In this document: in pieces, positions 1 through 7,452 of the stretch
Layout of the letters: each line of letters starts with the position of its first letter
Numbering within the stretch: the stretch's first letter is position 1
Origin: Niabella yanshanensis
Lineage (GTDB): Bacteria > Bacteroidota > Bacteroidia > Chitinophagales > Chitinophagaceae
Direction: 5' to 3'
DNA length: 64,000 nucleotides
Assembly (NCBI GenBank): GCA_040393015.1
Contig: JBEBUZ010000008.1
Coordinates: forward strand, 472 to 64,471
Program-made: the position numbers and the translations under genes
The notes under the pieces: model-generated
Database searches by the model: none
What the model saw: only the letters and a program-made list of their open reading frames with translations
What the model was told of the DNA's origin: nothing

Positions 1-629
1 GCGATAACTGGAAAGTATGGGAGATGGCATTTGCCCCCAATGAAAGCCAAGCGGTAGAGGTATATTTTATCGTGAACACCAACGAAGCAGGCATACAAAA
101 AGGCTACAACAGCGAACGCAAAAATGCTTTTATCTACCTGCTGGAAAGCGGAAGCGTATGGCATCAGCCCATTGAGCAGGGCAATTTTTATGTACAGCTG
201 ATGGACGGACTGACCACCGCAGACATCAACGGCATATCGCAGGGCTTCGGTTTTCGGTACAACGAAATGCACCAACTTTTTACCGGAACGAAAACCAATT
301 TTTCGCCTACGTCAAAAGATAATCTGGTAGTTACCTACCACGAACGCAACGAACATTTTGTGTTTGACAAAGCCCTTGTACAAGCGGAAAACCTGTTTGC
401 CAAAATAGATGATTTGAGCCTGTTGCCATTGGAAACATTGACCTATACCGAAATACAAACAGGCGACCCCTACGAAGTAGAAAGCACTTTTTGGGGAGCA
501 TTTCCCGGACTGCTCACACTTTTTGTCATTTTCGCACCTTTCATCATCGGGTTTATTTTGGTGGTCATCATCATTTGGGCAGTTGTGAAATGGATTAGAA
601 TTAAAAAAAGAAAGAATAAAGGAGAATAG
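1..629 (+). CDS. hypothetical membrane-anchored protein, 5'-partial (frame open to window edge)
   Basis: No stop in this frame from nt 3 to the listed ATG at 24, so the gene probably starts left of the window. The C-terminus has a hydrophobic helix FAPFIIGFILVVIIIWAVV followed by a basic tail KWIRIKKRKNK. No family recognised. Confidence 0.5.
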   Translation, partial: DNWKVWEMAFAPNESQAVEVYFIVNTNEAGIQKGYNSERKNAFIYLLESGSVWHQPIEQGNFYVQLMDGLTTADINGISQGFGFRYNEMHQLFTGTKTNFSPTSKDNLVVTYHERNEHFVFDKALVQAENLFAKIDDLSLLPLETLTYTEIQTGDPYEVESTFWGAFPGLLTLFVIFAPFIIGFILVVIIIWAVVKWIRIKKRKNKGE

Positions 630-630
630 T

Positions 631-978
631 ATGTTAGCTTTAGCCTTATTATTTATCGTGATTATCGGTCTGCTGTCGGTAATCGTGTGGTTGCTTCAAA
701 AATATTTTGAGATGTACAGCAGTCTGCATTTATCTGAAAATACGCACTTAAATGAATTTCAAAACCATTTGAAATTACAGAAAAATACAAGCCAAGTTTC
801 TGAAATGGAGCAACAAATAAATACGCTAATCAACGAACGTCTTACCGAAATGGAAGATAAATTTCCTACGAAACAAACACAAGAAGAACCATCGGAAATG
901 CTTACAAGAAACTTTAAAAAAGTGCTTCATTCTACATTAAACTTATTAAAAACAGAACAATACGAAGCCAAGCCTTAA
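631..978 (+). CDS. small hypothetical membrane protein
   Basis: The ATG lies 2 nt after the upstream stop, suggesting translational coupling. N-terminal TM helix LALALLFIVIIGLLSVIVWLL, then a charged, helical tail. No family recognised. Confidence 0.45.
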   Translation: MLALALLFIVIIGLLSVIVWLLQKYFEMYSSLHLSENTHLNEFQNHLKLQKNTSQVSEMEQQINTLINERLTEMEDKFPTKQTQEEPSEMLTRNFKKVLHSTLNLLKTEQYEAKP

Positions 979-1083
979 ATTAATTTTATAAATTTACCTT
1001 CTGTTTATTCTGAAATTATTGAGTAATATCATTCAGTTCCACAACAGCATTTATGCACTACATTCAACTGTTTAACAACGAGT

Positions 1084-2940
1084 ATGAGAAAATTTAAAAC
1101 AATAATATATATACTTTGTATCGGACTATTTTCGTCAAGCTCATTTGCACAAACTACACCATTGGCTGATAGCGTTGTGCAATCTGTACAGAAAGAAAAC
1201 AATTACGCTCAAAAGATTGAAATACTTCAAAAAAGTATCAAAGAAATATACAATACAACGTCTGATGAAACTCTAACGCTTGCCCGATTTGGTTACGACC
1301 TTGCCAATCAAAAAAACGACAAAGCAAACAAAGGCGATTTTTTGCGGATAATCGGGCTTTCGTTGATGAAAAAAGGGAATATAGACAGTGCATCTGTGTA
1401 TTATTACAAAGCATTGGAAATATTAGAACCAACAAAAAATACCGAAAAGCTGGGTCGGCTATACGATGATATGGCACGGATGTACCGTAAGCTGAAGCAA
1501 TCCGAAAGGTCGTTGGAATTTTACGACAAGGCTTTAACATTGTACGAAGCCGAAAATGATTTGGAGGGCATCGCCCGTATCAACAATGAAAGCGGTGCAG
1601 TTTTTCGGGACGATTTTTCCGATTATAAAACCGCCAACGAACGTTTTGAAAAATCATTGCGTATTCAACGGCAACGAAACGACAGCGTAGGAATTGGATA
1701 TGCCCTGGAGTTTTTAGGTTATAATCAACTGCTCATCAAAGATTATAAAAAATCGGAAAGTTATTTAATGCAGGCCTTGGCTATTCGTGAAAAGCTGGGC
1801 GATGATTTTGCCACTATGCTGAATTATACGGCATTGGGGGAATATTACAATCAAACAAAACAACCTCAAAAATCCAATGAATACTTTGACAAAAGCAATG
1901 CTTTAGCCCAAAAAATAAAGTACCCGGATATTCAGAAATACAACTACGAAAACATAATGCACAATTACGAAGTTCTGGGAGATTATAAAAATGCTTATCA
2001 AAATCTCAAAGCGTTTAACGTACTTAACGACAGCTTGTACAATGCCAAAAAACTGAAAGATGTAGAAGAAATCAGCACCAAATACGAAACCGCCGAAAAA
2101 GAAAAACAAATTGCAGAAAAAGAACTTGCTCTTAAAATTCGTAACCAATGGATTTTCGGATTGGTAGCATTAGCCGTTATCATCGGGTTGATAGGTTTTT
2201 TATTGTACAAACAGCAGATACTTAAAAACATCAAACAGCAGAAAGACAACGAGCTGAAACTGGCCCTGGAAAAAATTGAAACCCAGAACAGGTTGCAGGA
2301 ACAGAGACTGGCTATATCACGGGATTTGCACGATAATATTGGAGCACAATTGTCGTTTATTGTTTCCGCAATAGAAACCATTAAATATTACACTACAGGT
2401 AAGAACGACCAGCTAACCGACAGGCTGGATAATATCGGTGCTTTTGCCCGGGAAACCATACAGGAGCTTCGGGATACCATTTGGGCAATGAATAAACCGG
2501 GCGTTACCATTAGAGATTTACAATCCCGTATTGCTAACTTCATTGGAAAAGCAAAACAATCCTACCAGAATATTGGTATTTCGGTTGTTGTGAATGATAA
2601 TATTTCGCCAGGTCTACATTTCACGGCTTTGCAGGGGTTGAACATCTTCCGTATCATTCAGGAAGCTACCAGCAATGCGCTGAAATATGCCGAAGCCGAA
2701 CAGATAGAGATACATATCGACAAAGTGGAAAACAATATTTATTTCCGCATAGAAGATAACGGAAAAGGATTTATAGAGGAAAACATAGAACCGGGCAACG
2801 GGTTGTTGAATATGAGAAAACGGGCTTTGGAACTGGGCGGTGAACTGGCATTAAGTTCAGGTACAGACAGTGGAACGAGCATTTCCTTCAGTGTTAAAAA
2901 TTACAAACAGTTATATTCAGAACAAAATCAGGGATTATGA
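1084..2940 (+). CDS. sensor histidine kinase, TPR repeats + HisKA_3 + HATPase_c (NarL/LuxR-partner type)
   Basis: Signal-like N-terminus and TPR-like repeats (YYYKALEILE, LEFYDKALTLYE). TM helix WIFGLVALAVIIGLIGFLLY. H-box SRDLHDNIGAQLSF. ATPase boxes EATSNALKYA, DNGKGF and GNGLLNMRKRA. Confidence 0.9.
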   Translation: MRKFKTIIYILCIGLFSSSSFAQTTPLADSVVQSVQKENNYAQKIEILQKSIKEIYNTTSDETLTLARFGYDLANQKNDKANKGDFLRIIGLSLMKKGNIDSASVYYYKALEILEPTKNTEKLGRLYDDMARMYRKLKQSERSLEFYDKALTLYEAENDLEGIARINNESGAVFRDDFSDYKTANERFEKSLRIQRQRNDSVGIGYALEFLGYNQLLIKDYKKSESYLMQALAIREKLGDDFATMLNYTALGEYYNQTKQPQKSNEYFDKSNALAQKIKYPDIQKYNYENIMHNYEVLGDYKNAYQNLKAFNVLNDSLYNAKKLKDVEEISTKYETAEKEKQIAEKELALKIRNQWIFGLVALAVIIGLIGFLLYKQQILKNIKQQKDNELKLALEKIETQNRLQEQRLAISRDLHDNIGAQLSFIVSAIETIKYYTTGKNDQLTDRLDNIGAFARETIQELRDTIWAMNKPGVTIRDLQSRIANFIGKAKQSYQNIGISVVVNDNISPGLHFTALQGLNIFRIIQEATSNALKYAEAEQIEIHIDKVENNIYFRIEDNGKGFIEENIEPGNGLLNMRKRALELGGELALSSGTDSGTSISFSVKNYKQLYSEQNQGL

Positions 2941-3756
2941 AATTTATCTACCTCAGCTTATTTTTTATGCTTGTAACATTTACAAGCTGTTCCAACAGTT
3001 CTCAACCCGGCGACCCTATTCCGCAACACGAAACTTTTACCGTTCAATCCAAGCAGGTTGGAGAAGAGCGGACAATTAACGTGTGGGTTCCGGCAGATTA
3101 CAAAACTCATTCGGATTCCCTGCCTGTAATGTATATGGCAGATGGCGGAATAAAGGAAGATTTTCCACACATCGCCAATACACTGGCAGAGCTTATAAAT
3201 GCTGGAAAAATTCCGCCAATGATATTAATAGGAATAGAAAATACGCAGAGAAGAAGAGATTTGACAGGATTTACCGAAGTGGCAAAAGACAAAGAAATTG
3301 CTCCGGTAGTTGGCGGTTCAGAAAAATTCAGGGCATTTATCAGCGAAGAGCTTTTCCCCGAAATAAATAAAAGATACAGAACAACAAACGAAAAGAGCAT
3401 TATCGGCGAGTCTGCTTCGGGACTTTTTGTTATGGAAACATTTTTCCTGGCACCCGAAATGTTTAATAATTACATTGCCTTTGATCCATCGCTGTGGTGG
3501 AACAACCACTATTTAGTGAGAACAGCAAAAGATCATCTGGCAAAATTCCAGGTAATTGAAAGGCGAATCTGGTTTGCAGGTTCGGGGGGCAGGGGACATA
3601 GCTCCTTTTACAAAAGAATTAGATAGTATATTTAAAGCTGAAAATCTTTCAACGCTAAAATGGAACTACGCTGATGAGCCAAATGAAAAGCATAATACCA
3701 TTTTCAGAGCCACGAAAGAGAAAGCAATAATCTGGACATTAGGCAAGCAGGAATAA
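2937..3756 (+). pseudogene. putative esterase (alpha/beta hydrolase, siderophore-esterase-like), frameshifted
   Basis: The N-terminal 229-aa ORF (2937-3626) carries a lipoprotein-like signal and the GESASG nucleophile elbow. The expected C-terminus, including the ...DEPNEKHNTIF His region, continues in the +1 frame (ORF 3556-3756). The frames meet at a G6 run at 3584-3589. ATGA overlap with the upstream kinase gene. Confidence 0.75.
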
Positions 3757-3790
3757 AACAGCAAAGTAAATCACATAACAGAAATACTAT

Positions 3791-3825
3791 AAAGGCTTTG
3801 CAATCGTCTCGGCAGAGCCTTTTTG
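3791..3825 (+). terminator. rho-independent terminator-like hairpin
   Basis: GGCTTTGC (3794-3801) pairs with GCAGAGCC (3812-3819), 8 bp including one G-U, and is followed by TTTTT. Confidence 0.55.
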
Positions 3826-3852
3826 TTATCTTTACAAAAGGGGTATAGTACA

Positions 3853-4947
3853 ATGGAAATGAGTTTAAATGACACATACAAGCAAGATTTTGAGCATATT
3901 CTTACACTCATTACCGAAGCACGAAACCGTGTCTACAGCAAAGCTAACAGCGAATTGGTTTTGTTGTATTTCAACGTAGGCAAAGTAGTTTCGGACAGAG
4001 TAAATACAGGTAAATGGGGTGAAAACATCGTTCAGAAATTATCTGAATTTATCTTATCGAGAATCCCCAATCTTTCGGGTTTCAACCGAAGAGGCTTGTA
4101 CAGGATGAAGCAGTTTTTTGAGGTGTATTCGGATAATGAATTTGTATCAACAGTGTTGACACTTTTGCAAAACAATGAAAATCAACCTAATAAAATTGTG
4201 TCGCCGTTGGTGGTACAATTAGAAAAAGGCAAAAAGCAAAAAGTGTCGGCAGTGCCGACACAATTAGAGAAAGGCAAAAAAGACAGATCAAAAGTGTCGG
4301 CAGTACCGACACTTTTGAACGACCAAACGGCATTTCAACAAAAATTCTCAGAAAACGTACTTGCACAAATCACTTGGACAAACCATTTAGAAATACTATC
4401 AGGAACAAAAACAGTTGAAGAGAAAATTTTCTATTTACTTGGTTGCATAACCGAAAAATGGGGAATGCGTGAATTACGCAGACAAATTAAATCCGCTACT
4501 TACGAACGCACAATGCTTTCAAACAAATTAGTGTCCACAGTGCGGACACAATTACCCGGGAATTTTTTCAGAGACCCATATATGTTTGAATTTTTGGACT
4601 TGCCCGATAGTCATTCTGAAAAAGATTTAGAAAAAGCCATTGCCCTCAATCTGCAAAAATTTATTTTGGAGATCGGCAAAGGTTTTACTTATATGGGAGA
4701 ACAATATCGCATACAAGTTGGCAATAAAGATTATCGTACCGACTTGCTTTTTTACCAGAGAGATTTGCAGTGTTTGGTAATGTTTGAGCTGAAAATTGAA
4801 GAATTTCAGCCCGAATTTATAGGTAAGCTCAATTTCTATTTAGAAGCATTAGACAGAGATGTAAAACGGCCACACGAAAACCCGAGCATTGGTATTTTGC
4901 TTTGCAAAGGAAAAGAAATTGAAGTGGTAGAATACGCAATGGCATGA
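3853..4947 (+). CDS. DUF1016/YhcG-family PDDEXK nuclease domain protein, probably C-terminally truncated by an in-frame TGA
   Basis: N-terminal YhcG-like region (ARNRVYSKANSELVLLYFNVGK...GENIVQKLS). C-terminal PDDEXK-like core (DLLFYQRDLQCLVMFELKIEEF...GILLC). The ATG at 3853 is preferred over the track's TTG at 3823, which lies inside the upstream terminator T-run. Family-like sequence continues in frame after the TGA at 4945-4947, up to 5073. Confidence 0.8.
   Translation: MEMSLNDTYKQDFEHILTLITEARNRVYSKANSELVLLYFNVGKVVSDRVNTGKWGENIVQKLSEFILSRIPNLSGFNRRGLYRMKQFFEVYSDNEFVSTVLTLLQNNENQPNKIVSPLVVQLEKGKKQKVSAVPTQLEKGKKDRSKVSAVPTLLNDQTAFQQKFSENVLAQITWTNHLEILSGTKTVEEKIFYLLGCITEKWGMRELRRQIKSATYERTMLSNKLVSTVRTQLPGNFFRDPYMFEFLDLPDSHSEKDLEKAIALNLQKFILEIGKGFTYMGEQYRIQVGNKDYRTDLLFYQRDLQCLVMFELKIEEFQPEFIGKLNFYLEALDRDVKRPHENPSIGILLCKGKEIEVVEYAMA
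4216..4311 (+). repeat. imperfect tandem duplication (45 + 51 nt) inside the DUF1016 gene
   Basis: The two units encode QLEKGKKQKVSAVPT and QLEKGKKDRSKVSAVPT. Each unit ends in a 19-nt palindrome, GTGTCGGCAGTGCCGACAC and GTGTCGGCAGTACCGACAC. Confidence 0.85.
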
Positions 4948-5169
4948 AACATAAGCCCTGCAATCATTGCTGATTACGAAACCAAGCTGATTGACAAAAA
5001 ATTGTTAGCCGATAAGCTACACCAATTAGGACAAGTATTAGACAAGCCAAATGGACAAGATAAAGACGAATGATAAACCGAAATGCCGTCTACTTTCAAC
5101 AGAAAGACATTTGACAAATTTGAAGGGTTTGAACATAATAGCTAAAAAACAAATAACATCATCCAGGCA

Positions 5170-5820
5170 ATGAAAATACATACAGCCCTTATAGATGACA
5201 ACAATTTCCTGGTAAAAAGCGTGAAAGAAAAACTTTCGTTTTTTGAGGATATAAGCATTTCCTTTACAGCTAATGACGGTTTGGAATGTATGAAAAAGTT
5301 ACATGAAAACCGCAATACAGACCTTATCCTGATGGATATCGAGATGCCTAAGCAAAACGGCATTGAAACAACAGCTCTTGTAAAGAAAAAATGTCCGCAG
5401 ATAAAAATCATTGTACTGACTGTTTTTGATGATGACGAAAACATTTTCAACGCCATACAAGCCGGTGCAGACGGATATTTACTGAAAGATACAGCACCAC
5501 AGGCACTGTATGATGCCATTATTCAAACCCTGGAGGGAGGTGCTGTAATGACCCCGTCCATTGCAATGAAAGCCCTTAATCTTCTGCGTTCGCCTTTGTC
5601 GGAAGAAACCGATGAAGCGGAAGAAACTATAAAACTGACGAGCCGGGAAGTTGAGGTATTGGAACAACTCTCCACAGGGCTTCCTTATACCGCCATCGCC
5701 GAAAACCTGATTGTTTCTCCATCCACAATACGCAGGCATATCGAAAACATCTATCAAAAATTACAGGTGCATTCAAAAATTGAAGCAGTTGCACAGGCAA
5801 AAAAGAGAAGGCTCATATAA
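5170..5820 (+). CDS. response regulator, REC + LuxR/NarL-type HTH
   Basis: Receiver motifs (ALIDDNN, DLILMDIEMP, VLTVFDD). C-terminal HTH LTSREVEVLEQLSTGLPYTAIAENLIVSPSTIRRHIENIYQKL. Confidence 0.9.
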   Translation: MKIHTALIDDNNFLVKSVKEKLSFFEDISISFTANDGLECMKKLHENRNTDLILMDIEMPKQNGIETTALVKKKCPQIKIIVLTVFDDDENIFNAIQAGADGYLLKDTAPQALYDAIIQTLEGGAVMTPSIAMKALNLLRSPLSEETDEAEETIKLTSREVEVLEQLSTGLPYTAIAENLIVSPSTIRRHIENIYQKLQVHSKIEAVAQAKKRRLI

Positions 5821-6085
5821 AACGTATAATATCTTTATATATGGGAGCTTATTACTGCCTTGCTTTTATGACCGGCAGCAAATGTTATGTATGTGATAAA
5901 ATGCCGGGAATTTGCAATTTGCGTTATTTTTCTATATTTGTCCCGATCGCCTCCTGTTGGGGATGAGATCCCTGATATCTCAATGCGCATTTTGGCCGCA
6001 ATTAAAACACACTGCTTTATTTCATCTTGCAGTATGTTTTTTCACAAAATTTCAAATTAGGGTGATTTCTTTTTTAAAGTACAAC

Positions 6086-7250
6086 ATGATAAGATTTTCA
6101 AAATTAAAGACCACATTCAGTAAGGGCATAACGATTCCGAGTTTACTATTCATTATCACCATCTGTCTTCTTGCAGCCGTGTTTCCCCGGTTTACGGAAG
6201 ATCTGCTAAATACTATTAAAACGTTCATATTTATAAACCTCAATTGGATCTATGTATGGTCGGTAACGATTTTTGTCCTGTTCCTGGTTTACCTCATGTT
6301 TAGTAAATATGGCAATATCCGGTTGGGAAGAAATGACAGTAAGCCCCAATATTCTTTCTTTTCGTGGATTTCTATGTTGTTTGCTGCCGGTATGGGCATT
6401 GGGCTGATGTATTTTAGTGTTGCCGAGCCGATGCAGCATTATTCAAATGAAATATTTTCGGCAAATAGTGCGGTTAATCGTGCCAAGAATGCGCAGTTGT
6501 ACACCTTTTTCCACTGGGGCATACATGCCTGGGCTATTTATGGAGTGGTGGGATTGTCATTGGCCTATTTTGCTTATCGCTACCGGCTGCCGCTTTCTTT
6601 ACGAAGTTGCTTCTATCCCTTGCTGAAAGACAAAATCAAAGGAAAATGGGGAGATACTATTGATGTTTTTGCCTTGTGTAGTACGTTTTTTGGTATTACC
6701 ACTACTTTAGGTTTTGGTGTTGTCCAAATCAACTCCGGTTTGGAAACATTGGGCGTTTTGCCGGGAAGCAATTTCATCTACCAGGTATTGATCGTTGGTG
6801 TACTTGTTTCACTTTCCGTTACTTCAGCCGTAAGTGGCGTTGATAAAGGAGTGAGGATATTGAGCAACATCAATATTGTGAGTGTTGTTGTTCTTTTGTT
6901 ATTTGTTTTGGTACTTGGCCCAACAGTATACCTGATAGGAAGTTTCACAGAGGGCATCGGGAATTATATCAATAGCTTTTTCAGCCTGACGTTCAATACC
7001 CATGTTTACGAAGAAAATACACAACCCTGGTTTTATGACTGGACAATACTGTATTGGGCCTGGTGGATTTCATGGTCGCCCTATGTGGGACTGTTCATTG
7101 CCAAAATTTCCAAAGGACGCACAATACGTGAATTTATAGCAGCAGTTCTGATCATACCCACTTTGTTCAATTTTATCTGGATGTCGGTCTTCGGCAACAG
7201 TGCAATATGGTTCGACCTGAACGTAGCTAATGGTGCACTAAGGGCGGACG
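6086..7250 (+). pseudogene. BCCT-family (betaine/carnitine/choline) transporter, 3'-truncated
   Basis: BCCT motifs are present: FSWISMLFAAGMGIGLMYFSVAEP and WTILYWAWWISWSPYVGLFIAKISKGRTIREF. Only about 40 aa of family-like sequence follow that signature, and the last TM segments are missing. The tail of the ORF (to 7396) is antisense to another gene. The ATG at 6086 (MIRFSKLKTT) is preferred over the track start at 5912. Confidence 0.75.
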
Positions 7251-7251
7251 C

Positions 7252-7449
7252 TCCGGAATTATCCGTTTCCTGCAATTGTTTTTTCAAATGGCAGGTTCCG
7301 TGGCATTGCAGTGCAGGTTTATCTTTATTGATACAAAATTTTTGTTCTATAACTTCCTGGTTCAGCTTGAAGTGTATGACGATGATTCCGTGCTGAAACC
7401 CGGTCAGCAGGGATAATGTCATTAATAATACACTTAAAGCAATTTTCAT
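7252..7449 (-). pseudogene. small Cys-motif membrane protein, truncated paralogue of 10725-11120
   Basis: The first ~66 aa resemble the 131-aa paralogue: an N-terminal TM helix, then FCINKDKPALQCHGTCHLKK versus FCVNKDRPQLKCNGQCKLAQ. Past ~7252 the ORF runs antisense into the BCCT remnant with no similarity to the paralogue. The start lies 4 nt after the TBDR stop. Confidence 0.5.
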
Positions 7450-7452
7450 TTT

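Noticed and set aside
3556-3626. Whether the esterase frame change is programmed ribosomal frameshifting.
   Set aside because: The shift maps to a plain G6 homopolymer with no slippery heptamer or downstream structure. A homopolymer indel or sequencing error is more likely.
4945-4947. Whether the in-frame TGA in the DUF1016 gene is selenocysteine or programmed readthrough.
   Set aside because: There is no SECIS-like hairpin immediately downstream and no reason for a redox Sec in this family. A nonsense mutation is the simpler explanation.
5912-6085. The upstream extension of the BCCT ORF (MQFALFFYICPDRLL...).
   Set aside because: It begins at a non-ATG start and has no family similarity. 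BCCT-like sequence starts at the ATG at 6086.
7081-7251. The C-terminal 56 aa of the 122-aa minus-strand ORF.
   Set aside because: This part is antisense to conserved BCCT coding sequence and shows no similarity to the paralogue at 10725-11120. It was treated as read-through beyond a deletion junction.
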